The notes: generated from the letters alone by a model not told the origin. A DNA stretch of 64,000 nucleotides from Acidobacteriota bacterium (GCA_040755995.1 JBFMAF010000032.1:129306-193305); one strand, 5' to 3'; positions 10,482 to 20,203 are shown, counted from the stretch's first letter. Made by a program: numbers and translations.

Positions 10482-10507
10482 AAGAGCGTGCAACGCCGGG
10501 ACTGCTC

Positions 10508-11626
10508 ATGAAGCTGAAGAACACCATACTGGGCCTCATCGGCTCCCGGCTCGCGGGCGACCCCTTCTACGCGAGACTCCATGTCACTCACCGTTGCGAC
10601 TACCGTTGTCGCATGTGTGGGCAGCGAGACCGCGTGAAGGACCGCCCGGCGGAGCTTTCTCTCCGTCAACTCGGCCGCGTGGCCGAGCGCCTGGCGGAGC
10701 TTGGGGCGCGACATGTTGTGATCACAGGTGGTGAGCCGTTCATTCGTCCGGACCTCCACAAGCTGGTCGACGTTCTGAATCGGCTGGGCTTCTCGATCCG
10801 CGTCCAGACTAACGGCGGCCCGCTGGTGACGGAGGAGAAGCTGAAGCGCTGCGCGCAGGCCGGGTTGCGGGACTTGAGCGTTTCGATCGACACGCTGGAT
10901 GAAGCGTTGCAGAATTCGATCTGCCAGAGCCGTGACGTGGTGCCGAATGCGCTGAAGACGCTCGGGATGGCCCGCCGCATTCTCTCTCGCGGCATCACTC
11001 AAGCCAATGTTGTAGCATCGCCGCACAACTTCGAGCAGCTCCCTTCGCTCGTTCGCTACTTCCATGAACGAGGGATCTACACGTACATTACACCGGCTAT
11101 GATATCGCCGCCTTCGGCCGATGGAGATGGCTATCTATTCCGAGGCCGTGCCGATGATTTCCGGGGAGAACTGATAGGCTCGGAGCTGCGCGAGCGCGTC
11201 ATCGGCGAGCTGGTGATGATGCGCCGGCGCGGCTATGCGTTGACCAATTCAGCAAGATTCCTCGAAGACTATCGCCGTCATCTGGCGGGGCAGAGCAATG
11301 GTTGGCGCTGTGAAGCCGGGCTCTTGTCACTGGACGTGCTGCCGGATGGGACCGTCGCCATCTGCAAGGAGAAGCATCCATTCGGCCATATCTTGGATGA
11401 CGACTTCATGGTTGCATTTCGCGGCGAGGAGTACCGGAGGCACGCACGCCGGACTGCCGAGTCCTGCGCAGGATGCTTCTACGGCGAATACCGCGAGCCG
11501 CAGTATGTCGTGCACAGTCCTGCCGTGCTGTGGGAGTGGGCCCGCCAGTGGATTCGCAACTACCGGCGCGGGATGCGGTTCAATGAGCGGAAGGAGGCTC
11601 GCAAGCAGCCTGTGGATTCCCGGTGA
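10508..11626 (+). CDS. Radical SAM protein with SPASM/twitch-type C-terminal domain
   Basis: CDYRCRMC (CxxxCxxC), TGGEP, TNG, SID motifs; C-terminal CEAG...C...CAGC. Confidence 0.9.
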   Translation: MKLKNTILGLIGSRLAGDPFYARLHVTHRCDYRCRMCGQRDRVKDRPAELSLRQLGRVAERLAELGARHVVITGGEPFIRPDLHKLVDVLNRLGFSIRVQTNGGPLVTEEKLKRCAQAGLRDLSVSIDTLDEALQNSICQSRDVVPNALKTLGMARRILSRGITQANVVASPHNFEQLPSLVRYFHERGIYTYITPAMISPPSADGDGYLFRGRADDFRGELIGSELRERVIGELVMMRRRGYALTNSARFLEDYRRHLAGQSNGWRCEAGLLSLDVLPDGTVAICKEKHPFGHILDDDFMVAFRGEEYRRHARRTAESCAGCFYGEYREPQYVVHSPAVLWEWARQWIRNYRRGMRFNERKEARKQPVDSR

Positions 11627-11751
11627 CTACCCCTCCACCTGGCGCGACGCCTGCAGCCTGTGGATTCCCGGTGACTACCCCTCCACCTGGCGCGACGCCT
11701 GCAGCCTGTGGATTCACGGTGACTACCCCTCCACCTGGCGCGACGCCTGCA
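11605..11751 (+). repeat. 48-bp tandem repeat, 3 copies
   Basis: Unit GCAGCCTGTGGATTCCCGGTGACTACCCCTCCACCTGGCGCGACGCCT starts at 11605, 11653 and 11701, with one mismatch in copy 3. Confidence 0.95.
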
Positions 11752-13323
11752 AGCTCAAGTCCCCGCAGCATTCTTCTCATTTCAGTGCTTCTGGCCGCCG
11801 GTTGGTTCGCACTCACGAGAGACGTCGGACTCAATCTGGCCGACGAAGGCTACCTGTGGCACGACATACAGCAGACATTCGAAGGCGGAGTCCCGATTCG
11901 CGACTTCAGAGCATATGACCCTGGGCGCTACTACATGGGGGCCCTGTGGTTCAGCCTCGCAGGACCTGGGATCATGTCGCTTCGGGGATACCTGGCGGCG
12001 ATACAGGCGGTCGGCCTCGCTTTCGGCCTGCTCGCCCTCAAGCGCGTCATCCGTGGACCTCTGCATCTCGCAGCCGTCGGATTCCTCTGCCTCCTATGGA
12101 CGGTCCCGTTGGAGAAGAGATTCGATCACAGCCTGATCATGATGGGTGTGTTCGGAGTCGTATGGCTGATCGAGGCCCCGACGACGGCTCGCCACTTCGC
12201 GATCGGCTTGATGGTCGGGGTCAGCGGGGTGATCGGTCGAAACTACGGTGTCTACATGGCGATCGGGTTTGGATCTCTGATCGCGTTCAGAGCCTTTGCC
12301 GAGGCGCCCCGCAGCGCGGGGAAAGCCGGCCTGGCCTGGGCCGCCGGCATTGTGTCCGGGTACCTGCCGGTCATTCTGATGCTTCTCTACGTGACAGGGT
12401 TCCGGACGAGCTTCGTCGATTCGATTTCCCGGCTAGCCGGCCCTTATTCGCCCGTGAAGTCTCTCCCTGTCCCATGGCCGTGGTCGAGACCACTGCCGTG
12501 GTGGCACGGAGTCTCGGCGAGCGCCTGGCTGCTAGGATGGATGTTCCTTCTTCTTGTCATCCTCCACGTCGCCAACACATACTACGTTCTTCGCTCAGGT
12601 ACGGGAGGGCTACGAAATCGCCCTCTGTGCGCGGCGGCCTGCTTCATCGGGGTTCCAACTCTTTACCAGCTCTTCAGCCGCGCCGATTTCGCCCATCTTA
12701 CGCAGGGGTTCTTTCCGGCGCTGGTCTGCCTGGTCGAGATCCTCGCGCACTCGCGCAACCTCCGAGCCGGTATGGCGCGGTCTGCTCTGCTGGTGACAGC
12801 CGTTCCTTCACTCGCTCTGCTGACTCTCACTCCACTCCTCAACTCCACCGATCTGTCCCTCGCGATCAAGAAGGTAGGCACAGCGCTCGGCCTGCAGGTC
12901 AAGATCAGCAGCTGCCAGATCGATGGCCACAAGCTGTGGCTCAGGCGCAGCCAGGCGGCCTACATTGAGGCCGTAAGGCGATTTTGTGAGCAGAACATAG
13001 CAGAGGGCGAAGGAGTCCTGATCGCGCCCTATCAGCCGGGGCTCTACCAGATCCTCGGCCGAGCTTCGCCCATCTGGGATCCGTACCCGATCCATCTGGC
13101 ATCGGAGCAGGAGCAGAAGGAGATCATTCGCGCACTGGCCGACAAGAGCATCAATTGGGCACTCATCGACGACTCACCGATGGACAGCCTGGATGAGCGG
13201 CGGTTCAGTCGCACTCATGCCCTGGTGTACGAGTACCTGGTGAGTGAGTTCGAGGAGGTTCCATCCGATATCCCGGGGCCGCCGAAGGTGTTCCACAGGC
13301 GCAGGGATCGGAATGCGAGCTAG
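11623..13323 (+). CDS. Polytopic membrane protein, GT-C/ArnT-like glycosyltransferase candidate
   Basis: About 10-12 hydrophobic segments. First loop carries DEG...P.RDF..Y.PG. C-terminal extracytoplasmic domain. GTG overlaps the upstream TGA. Confidence 0.65.
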   Translation: MTTPPPGATPAACGFPVTTPPPGATPAACGFTVTTPPPGATPASSSPRSILLISVLLAAGWFALTRDVGLNLADEGYLWHDIQQTFEGGVPIRDFRAYDPGRYYMGALWFSLAGPGIMSLRGYLAAIQAVGLAFGLLALKRVIRGPLHLAAVGFLCLLWTVPLEKRFDHSLIMMGVFGVVWLIEAPTTARHFAIGLMVGVSGVIGRNYGVYMAIGFGSLIAFRAFAEAPRSAGKAGLAWAAGIVSGYLPVILMLLYVTGFRTSFVDSISRLAGPYSPVKSLPVPWPWSRPLPWWHGVSASAWLLGWMFLLLVILHVANTYYVLRSGTGGLRNRPLCAAACFIGVPTLYQLFSRADFAHLTQGFFPALVCLVEILAHSRNLRAGMARSALLVTAVPSLALLTLTPLLNSTDLSLAIKKVGTALGLQVKISSCQIDGHKLWLRRSQAAYIEAVRRFCEQNIAEGEGVLIAPYQPGLYQILGRASPIWDPYPIHLASEQEQKEIIRALADKSINWALIDDSPMDSLDERRFSRTHALVYEYLVSEFEEVPSDIPGPPKVFHRRRDRNAS

Positions 13324-14507
13324 TTGCCCTGTTCCGAGCCGACGCAGCGCCTCAGGATCTCGCTGACGGCAGATGCAATCGCTATCGCCACAGTCCGATC
13401 CCCCTCCTCCGAGATGTGCACGGGATCTATGAAAACCGTGCGGGCTTCATCGTGGAAGATCGCAGACAGATCGAGGCACTGGCCGGACGGACCCAGTGCG
13501 GCCTGGCGCTCGCGGAGGCCGAGCAGCACTCGGTTCGTGAGCGTCGCCAGGGATCGATTGACAATCAGCGTTTTCTCCCAATCGGAAAGGACGAGCTTCT
13601 GGGAAAAATCCGGCTGCCAGACGATCAGCACGGAGACTCCGTGTGCCCGCGCGACTGACTGCGCCGCGCGCATGTTCGCACAATAGTCCCGGACGACGTC
13701 GGCTGCCAGCGGTTCCACGCGGGAATCCGGCAGCCACTGCTGCGAACTACCCGGGCTGCTGTACAGCCTGTCTCGAATGCCTCGCGCCAGATGGAACAGG
13801 GCGGTCTTCTCGATAAACCCCCGGCGCCAATTCAACTGGTCGTACAGCTGAAACTCGGCAATGCGATGGCTCTCATTCTGAGGGATGCCCGCGACTCTGC
13901 TCTGGTAGGCGGAGAAGACGTCGTTGTACGCTCCGTAGAAGACCGCGAGATCAGGAGGCGCCTGGCCGCGCAGCTCGAGCTCGAACGTCAGCAGATCCTG
14001 AGTGGAGACGTAGCCGGTCTCTCCATAGTTGACGACGCGAACCGGCATGCCGCGCGCGTGCATCTCTCTGGACAGTTCTGAAGGGATCGTGAAATCGTCC
14101 CTCGCGCCGGTGCCCCAGAGTGTCGAGCCGCCGAACATCCAGATCAGAGCCCGCGGATGCGACTCAGCAGGCGCCCACGTCCTGCGAATGCCACGGTCGT
14201 CTATGTTGATAAATGCGCCAGCCTGCGGCGTTCGCCTGTAATAGACATAGGATTTCCATGAAACGGTCTCCGTCCGCTTGAACTCATCCCAATACTGATA
14301 GGCCCACGATTCCCCCTTGTAGACGTCGGATTCTGCGCGGGGGTCGAGCTCTTGGCCGGGCTTGTGGTGTTTCCAGGCGTATCTGACCCGCAGTCCTCCT
14401 TCCAACAACAGAACGGCGCAGAGCGTGAGCCCAATGACTCGCCATCCGGTGTCGAGTGCCCGAGCCGCCACCGAGAGCGTGCGCCGAGCTGTCCCGCCGA
14501 TCCCCAT
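13320..14507 (-). CDS. SGNH/GDSL hydrolase family protein with N-terminal membrane anchor
   Basis: Block I FGGSTLWG, YGAYND, C-terminal DPVH (DxxH). Start uncertain (14507 or 14609). Confidence 0.8.
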   Translation of the reverse strand: MGIGGTARRTLSVAARALDTGWRVIGLTLCAVLLLEGGLRVRYAWKHHKPGQELDPRAESDVYKGESWAYQYWDEFKRTETVSWKSYVYYRRTPQAGAFINIDDRGIRRTWAPAESHPRALIWMFGGSTLWGTGARDDFTIPSELSREMHARGMPVRVVNYGETGYVSTQDLLTFELELRGQAPPDLAVFYGAYNDVFSAYQSRVAGIPQNESHRIAEFQLYDQLNWRRGFIEKTALFHLARGIRDRLYSSPGSSQQWLPDSRVEPLAADVVRDYCANMRAAQSVARAHGVSVLIVWQPDFSQKLVLSDWEKTLIVNRSLATLTNRVLLGLRERQAALGPSGQCLDLSAIFHDEARTVFIDPVHISEEGDRTVAIAIASAVSEILRRCVGSEQGN

Positions 14508-14672
14508 GCGATTTGCTCCTGACAGTCCCACTTCGAAGCGACCGTGCGATTCTACGCCATTGAGCGGCCGCCCTGCGAGTCGTGATCGCCGCAGGCACGC
14601 GGGGACCATTCAACGCGACTCATGTCTTGCTGTCCGGCGGCAGGTGCCACTCGTCTCCCGTCGGTCCGGGCG

Positions 14673-15236
14673 TCACTTCATCCCGAGTGGTTTGCCCTGC
14701 CGGAGGATCGAGAGTGCCTCGGAGAGCCTCCGTGACCTGGTCTCCGCTCTCTTGGCGGCATCGACCCAACGGATGTACAGACTTCGCTGAGATGGCGAGA
14801 GCTTCTTGAAGTTTTCCAGGGCCTTCGCGTCGCCCCTCAGCGCGTCCCGAATGTATCGTGGCATTGCGACTTCGCCCGCGCGAGGTCTGGGCGCCGGTTG
14901 GACGGCCTCGCGAAACCGAACGAGCCCGGCCTCCCGCATCCTTCCTTCGGCGACAAGCCTCTCCGCCTTCTTGATGTTCACGGCGCTCCAGCTGCTGCCC
15001 TGCCTCCGTGGCGTGAACCTCTGGATGTAGCGATCGTCGTCGAGGCGTCTGAGGATTCCGTCGATCCAACCAAAGCACAGCGCCTCGTCCAGCGCCTCGG
15101 CGTATCTGAACGTGTTCTTACCGGTATGCTTCTTGTAGAACACGAGCCAGACCTCGCGCTCATTCTCGTGGTTTCGTTCGAGCCACCGCCTCCAATCGGA
15201 GGCCCGGGTGAATTCAAGTGTGTTCTTCGTGATCAC
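14673..15236 (-). CDS. YdeI/OmpD-associated family protein
   Basis: WRRWLERNH, EALCFGWIDG, FTPRR..S.WS.VN, AKRAETRSRR motifs. Confidence 0.9.
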   Translation of the reverse strand: MITKNTLEFTRASDWRRWLERNHENEREVWLVFYKKHTGKNTFRYAEALDEALCFGWIDGILRRLDDDRYIQRFTPRRQGSSWSAVNIKKAERLVAEGRMREAGLVRFREAVQPAPRPRAGEVAMPRYIRDALRGDAKALENFKKLSPSQRSLYIRWVDAAKRAETRSRRLSEALSILRQGKPLGMK

Positions 15237-15395
15237 TTCAGCTCCGTCGTAGAACGATGGGAGAACGAGCCGGCCAGAACCGGCTCAGCCCGGCGTGAAG
15301 GCCCGCGTCTCCCTGCGCAAGCATTGTATACGAGTCCGAGGCGCGCCGGAACCGTGGGCACCGCGACGCAATTGCCCTGCGATCCTGAGCACGGC

Positions 15396-15424
15396 TTGAC
15401 ACGGACACACCTCGCCTCTATGCT
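15396..15424 (+). promoter_or_regulatory. Sigma70-type promoter
   Basis: TTGACA-17 bp-TATGCT, upstream of a GAGGAG RBS and the ATG at 15478. Confidence 0.65.
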
Positions 15425-15477
15425 CGGCCCGTGCCCGGATGGGCGCATTCGCCACGACAAAGAGAGGAGCCATTGTG

Positions 15478-16800
15478 ATGAGCAAACGGGATTTGAGGAG
15501 ACGCGAGTTCCTGAGGACGTCCACTTTGGGGCTCGCCGGGGCGGCGGGGGTCGCCGTCGGCGGCAAGGGACTGGAAGCGCAGCAGACCGCTCCCGCTTCA
15601 GCCCCCGAACCTCCCAAGGTCAAGGGATTCCGGACGCTCGGTCGAACGGGATTCAGTGTGTCCGACATCGGCTCTGGCTCGATCTACGAGCCGGGCGTGT
15701 TCAAGGCCATGCTGGACGCCGGCGTGAACTACATCGACACGGCCGAGAGCTACCCGGGCCACCACCGCATCGTCGGCGACGCGATCAAGGGCCGCGACCG
15801 CAAGTCGTTGTTCATTTCCTCCAAGATGCTCATGGACGAGGGGGACATAACCCGAGCCGGACTCCTGCAGAGGGCGCGCAAGTGCCTGGAGGAGCTTGGC
15901 ACCGAGTACGTGGACTGCATGATGATGCACATGCCGGAGAAGGTGGAGCTCCTGAAGCTCGAGAGCTTCCACCAGGCCATGCAGGAATTGAAGACCGAAG
16001 GACGAGTGCGCTTCCTCGGCGTTTCACACCACGGTTCGTTCTGGTTCCGCGACCCGGAAACATCGATGGACCGCGTGCTGCTGGCCGCGGCCGAGGACGG
16101 TCGCTACGACGTCTTCCTGCTCGCCTACAACTTCCTCCAGATGGACAGCGGCCAGCGCGTGTTCGACGCCTGTCGCGAGAAGAAGATCGGCACGGCGGTG
16201 ATGAAGAGCAAGCCGATAGTTACCTTCGACAGAATAAAAACGCGCATCGAAGGACTGGAGAAAGAGGGCAAGGAAGTCGATCCGCTTTTCCGGGAGGGGC
16301 TGGCCCGGTATCAGAAATTGGCGGATCAGATGGACGCCTTCGTCAAGAAGTACCGCCTCGAGAATCAGGACGAGATACGCGAGGCATCCGTGCGCTTCGT
16401 CCTGGACAACCCCGGCGTCAGCACCATCTGCTGTTCAGCGCGGACCTTCGACGAAGCGACGAGGTACGTCAGCCTGTCCGGCATGCGCTTCACCGACTGG
16501 GACCGTGCCAGGCTGGCGGCGTACAGCGAAGGCTGCGGGCGATTCTACTGCCGCCACGCCTGCGGCGTGTGCGAGCCGAGCTGCCCGCGCGGGGTCCCGG
16601 TCAACACCATCATGCGCTACAGTCACTACTTCGAGGCGCAGGGGCGCGAGAAGGAGGCGATGTCGCTGTATGCGGGCATCCCTGGAGCACGCGCCGATGT
16701 GTGCAGTTCCTGCGCGGGACACTGTGAGAGGGCCTGCGCGCACGGAGTGCCCATCCAGGGCATGTTGCTCGTCGCCCACCGCACGCTGAGCCTTGCCTGA
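15478..16800 (+). CDS. Aldo/keto reductase with Tat-like signal and C-terminal 4Fe-4S ferredoxin motifs
   Basis: RRREFL twin-arginine motif; LGRTG, IDTAESY, SSK; C-terminal CRHACGVCEPSCP and CSSCAGHCERAC. Confidence 0.88.
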   Translation: MSKRDLRRREFLRTSTLGLAGAAGVAVGGKGLEAQQTAPASAPEPPKVKGFRTLGRTGFSVSDIGSGSIYEPGVFKAMLDAGVNYIDTAESYPGHHRIVGDAIKGRDRKSLFISSKMLMDEGDITRAGLLQRARKCLEELGTEYVDCMMMHMPEKVELLKLESFHQAMQELKTEGRVRFLGVSHHGSFWFRDPETSMDRVLLAAAEDGRYDVFLLAYNFLQMDSGQRVFDACREKKIGTAVMKSKPIVTFDRIKTRIEGLEKEGKEVDPLFREGLARYQKLADQMDAFVKKYRLENQDEIREASVRFVLDNPGVSTICCSARTFDEATRYVSLSGMRFTDWDRARLAAYSEGCGRFYCRHACGVCEPSCPRGVPVNTIMRYSHYFEAQGREKEAMSLYAGIPGARADVCSSCAGHCERACAHGVPIQGMLLVAHRTLSLA

Positions 16801-16853
16801 GAGCAAGCAGGCGTTGCTGTTGATGGTCGAGATCATGTGCTATCATCGCCATC

Positions 16854-18962
16854 ATGAGAAAGAAAATAGCAGTATTCACGAGCATAGCGATCCTTCTGGC
16901 GGCGGCTACGACGCTCACGATGAGATGCCGCGGCAAGGGGTCGAAGCCGGTCACTTCCGTTCTGCTGATCACCGTCGGCACACTGCGAGCCGATCACGTC
17001 GGGTGCTATGGCGGGGCGTCGGTGTCGACTCCTGCCATGGACGAATTGGCTGCGTCCGGCGTTCGTTTTGCGCGCGCATACGCCCACAACGTCTCTGCTC
17101 TTCCTTCCCACGCGAACATCCTCAGCGGGATGCTGTCCGTCGCGCACGGTGTCCGCGCCGATTCGGGGTTCAGATTCCCTGGGAATATCGAGACCGCTGC
17201 GACCCTGTTGAAGGCGCGCGGCTTCACGTGCGGCGCCTTTGTCGGCGCCTCCCCTCTGGATTCCCGCTATGGGCTAGGCATCGGCTTCGACGTCTATGAC
17301 GATCACTACGGCGACGCGACGGAAGCGCAGGATTTTCGGCTGGTAGAACGACGGGCCGAGGCTGTTGCGACTCCGTTCCTGCACTGGCTGGATGGCAAGC
17401 AAGCCGGAGCCAAATGGTTCGCATGGGTCCACTTCAACGACCCACACGCGCCGTACGACCCGGTGGAACCGTATCGCTCGAAGTTCGCCTCGAAGCCGTA
17501 CGACGGCGAGATCGCTTACGTAGATTCACAGATCGCGCGGATACTGGAGCATCTCCAGCAAAAGGGATTGGATCAATCCACCTGCATCATCCTAACTTCG
17601 GATCACGGAGAAGGGCTCGGGGAGCACAACGAGCCCACGCACGGAGTTTTCGCATATGAGAGCACGCTCCGCGTCCCGTTGATCGTGAAAGCCCCCGATT
17701 GTGCGCCGGGGACGATCCAGCAGACTGTCCAACACATCGATATCCTGCCAACCATAGTAGAGCTCATCGGCGAGCCTGTGCCGGCGAACCTCAAAGGCAG
17801 GAGCCTCAAACCGCTGCTGTATGGAGCCAGCGAGGACGGCGCGGCGCGCGACATCTACTTCGAGTCGGTGGGCCCGGGCCTGGATCGGAACTGGGCACCC
17901 CTGACGGGGATCGTCTCCGGCAACTACAAGTACATCGACGTGCCGATCACGGAGCTCTACGATCTGGCCAAAGACACCGGCGAGAAGGAGAACGTCTTCG
18001 AGATGAGGTCGGAGGTCGCTGCCGACCTCAAGAAACGTCTCGCATCGATCAGCGAGATCGGCGCCTCGGCGGCATCGGGACATGACCAGGAGGAGCTCGA
18101 TCGACTCGCGAGCCTCGGCTACGTCTCGACCGGGAGCTCCGAGTCCGAGTCGGCGAAGACCTACACCAGCGAGGACGATCCAAAGAACCTGATCCCGCTG
18201 GACAGCATGCTCGAAGACGGCGTCGCCGCGGCACGGGCCGGCGATCTGGAACGGGCCAGGCGGACATTCTCGGAGATCATCTCCATGCGTCCCGGCATGA
18301 GCATCGCCTACTCAGAGGTCGCCTTCGTTCACAGGCACATGGGGCAGCCGCAGAAGGGGGTCGAGATCCTGGAGCGCGCGCTGAAGGAAGGCCATGCGGC
18401 CACGGGCATGCTCGCGAAGCTGGGTTTGTGCTTCAGCGATGCGGGCAAGAACGAGCGTGCGATAGAGGTTCTGCAGCAGGCCGTGCGAGAGAGCGACGAC
18501 AACATAGATGCGCAAACCTACCTGGGAATGGCTTACGCAAGGGCCGGCCAGAGCGACAAGGCTATCAGCACCTTCGAGAATATCCTCGTGGATGATCCGG
18601 GAAACGTCGCGGCCCACGTCCATATCGGGCAGGTCTACCTCGACAAGAAGGACTACGCCGCCGCCACGCAGGCCATCAACAAGGCGCTTCAGATCGACGC
18701 GCGATTCGCCCCGGCGCTCAGCCTCATGGGGGATGCGATGGCCGGCACAGGAAGCAACGACGCAGCGATTTCCAACTGGAAGCGTGCCATCGAAACCGAC
18801 CCTAGGCGGTACGAGGCGATCTACAAGCTCGCGAGCCTCTGCCAGAGTCTCGGCCGCTCAGCCGAGGCGGCCACCTACGCGGATCAGTTCGTGAAAACTG
18901 CGCCGCCCGCGCGCTACAAGCGCGAGATCGAACAGATGAGGAAGATGCTCGCCAGGGGGTAG
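16854..18962 (+). CDS. Sulfatase-like (alkaline phosphatase superfamily) protein with C-terminal TPR repeats; catalytic motifs degenerate
   Basis: LITVGTLRADH, NVSALPSHANILSG, HFNDPHAPY, TSDHGE, internal RLASLGYV, then several TPR units. Confidence 0.85.
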   Translation: MRKKIAVFTSIAILLAAATTLTMRCRGKGSKPVTSVLLITVGTLRADHVGCYGGASVSTPAMDELAASGVRFARAYAHNVSALPSHANILSGMLSVAHGVRADSGFRFPGNIETAATLLKARGFTCGAFVGASPLDSRYGLGIGFDVYDDHYGDATEAQDFRLVERRAEAVATPFLHWLDGKQAGAKWFAWVHFNDPHAPYDPVEPYRSKFASKPYDGEIAYVDSQIARILEHLQQKGLDQSTCIILTSDHGEGLGEHNEPTHGVFAYESTLRVPLIVKAPDCAPGTIQQTVQHIDILPTIVELIGEPVPANLKGRSLKPLLYGASEDGAARDIYFESVGPGLDRNWAPLTGIVSGNYKYIDVPITELYDLAKDTGEKENVFEMRSEVAADLKKRLASISEIGASAASGHDQEELDRLASLGYVSTGSSESESAKTYTSEDDPKNLIPLDSMLEDGVAAARAGDLERARRTFSEIISMRPGMSIAYSEVAFVHRHMGQPQKGVEILERALKEGHAATGMLAKLGLCFSDAGKNERAIEVLQQAVRESDDNIDAQTYLGMAYARAGQSDKAISTFENILVDDPGNVAAHVHIGQVYLDKKDYAAATQAINKALQIDARFAPALSLMGDAMAGTGSNDAAISNWKRAIETDPRRYEAIYKLASLCQSLGRSAEAATYADQFVKTAPPARYKREIEQMRKMLARG

Positions 18963-19003
18963 GCCTCCAGCCGGCGGCCCGGCACGCCGCTCTTCGGCGG
19001 AAC

Positions 19004-19040
19004 GGACGCGGTGACGCGGAGACACGGAGACGCGGTGAAG
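19004..19040 (+). repeat. 8-bp periodic intergenic repeat (GACRCGGW)n
   Basis: GGACGCGGTGACGCGGAGACACGGAGACGCGGTGAAG. A related inverted copy lies at 25686-25716. Confidence 0.7.
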
Positions 19041-19113
19041 GGCCGCCGAGGGGTAGGCAACTCGGTCTTCAGCCTGACACGCCCGCCGGTCGATGGGACC
19101 GGGGACAGCCGCA

Positions 19114-19941
19114 CTATACCTCGACGCCGAAGAAGCCTTTCAGGCCGAAGCCGAAGACGATGGACAGAATGAAGAATGAGATAAGCCAGTGGATGGACCA
19201 GCCGAAGAGGTTCATCTCCTGGCCGGGGTAGACGAGCTCGACCCTGGTCACAGGGAGGCCGGCCGGAATCGGCGACTCGCCGGGGGCGAGCAGACGGTCG
19301 AATAGATGATTCTGGACTCTAGCACGGGACATCTTCGCAATGGGCTTGCGCGATACTACGAGCTGCTTGGTGAACGACTGATTGTCCACCGTGAACGTCA
19401 GCGTGTGGTCGCCGTATTGCGTTCCTCTCACCCGCCAGTCGATCTCCTTCCCTTCTTCGACACGGAGAGGGGGCGTCTCGATCTCGACGCCGGGAGAGGG
19501 CTGGAGAGTGAGATCGGTCTGCAGCGGGCTGCGGTCCAGCTTCACCTTCAGCAGCACAGATTCGCCCGGCTTCAGCGGCCGGTAGCCAAACCAGAGATCC
19601 AGCTGGATCAGGATGAGGACGATCGGGACCAGCATCACGAGCATCGGTTTCAGCGCATAGAACATATACCTGGCATTGTAGCCGAGGATCTTCTTCTGAG
19701 CCTGGATGGTAGCCTGGAAGTTGTCCTTGTACAGGCGGAGCTCGAGAAGGTGGGCCTTGATCTTGTCCTTCACGCTCTTGATCCCCTCCTGGTTCGACGT
19801 GTACTTGTAGACCCAGAGCATGAGAAGGCCAGTCAAGAGAGACACGAGAGTCATGCCCACCCAGGGATTCACGTTCTGGAAAGGGTAGAGAAGAAGGTCG
19901 AACGTCTTGCCGAACGCGAAATTCACAACCGATGCCATCAT
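19114..19941 (-). CDS. Membrane protein resembling DUF106/EMC3/TMCO1 (Oxa1 superfamily) with an inserted soluble domain
   Basis: TM1, charged helical hairpin (NQEGIKSVKDKIK...AQKKIL), LKPMLVMLVPIVLI TM2, ~115-aa beta-rich insert, terminal TM WLISFFILSIVFGFGLKGFFGV. Confidence 0.6.
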   Translation of the reverse strand: MMASVVNFAFGKTFDLLLYPFQNVNPWVGMTLVSLLTGLLMLWVYKYTSNQEGIKSVKDKIKAHLLELRLYKDNFQATIQAQKKILGYNARYMFYALKPMLVMLVPIVLILIQLDLWFGYRPLKPGESVLLKVKLDRSPLQTDLTLQPSPGVEIETPPLRVEEGKEIDWRVRGTQYGDHTLTFTVDNQSFTKQLVVSRKPIAKMSRARVQNHLFDRLLAPGESPIPAGLPVTRVELVYPGQEMNLFGWSIHWLISFFILSIVFGFGLKGFFGVEV

Positions 19942-19954
19942 TTACCTGCGCGGG

Positions 19955-20146
19955 CTAGGAAATGTAGCCGAGCCCCTTCAGCCTCTTCTTGATCTCCTCT
20001 TCGCTCTTCGCGTCATCGAGCTTCGCGATCTCCTTTTCCAGGCAGTGCGTGATGAACTCCTCGGGCGAGGAATACCCAGCCAGATCGGCGAACCTCTTCA
20101 CCTTCTCGACCAGCTCTTTGTCGAGCCTTACCTTCACGGTACTCAT
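19955..20146 (-). CDS. Small RHH/CopG-like protein with C-terminal RLKGLGY motif
   Basis: 63 aa: VKVRLDKELVEKV...GYSSPEEFI...EEIKKRLKGLGYIS. AAGGAG RBS. Confidence 0.75.
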   Translation of the reverse strand: MSTVKVRLDKELVEKVKRFADLAGYSSPEEFITHCLEKEIAKLDDAKSEEEIKKRLKGLGYIS

Positions 20147-20203
20147 TCATTGCTCCTTGATTCACCTAACGTTGGCATGATGCCTTTGGGTTCTTGACTC
20201 GCC

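Noticed and set aside
11605..11751. Possible CRISPR array
   Set aside because: Units are contiguous with no unique spacers, lie inside coding sequence, and no cas genes are present.
14898..16727. 609-aa plus-strand ORF
   Set aside because: Alternative frame of the aldo/keto reductase; Arg/Gly/Pro-rich with no motifs.
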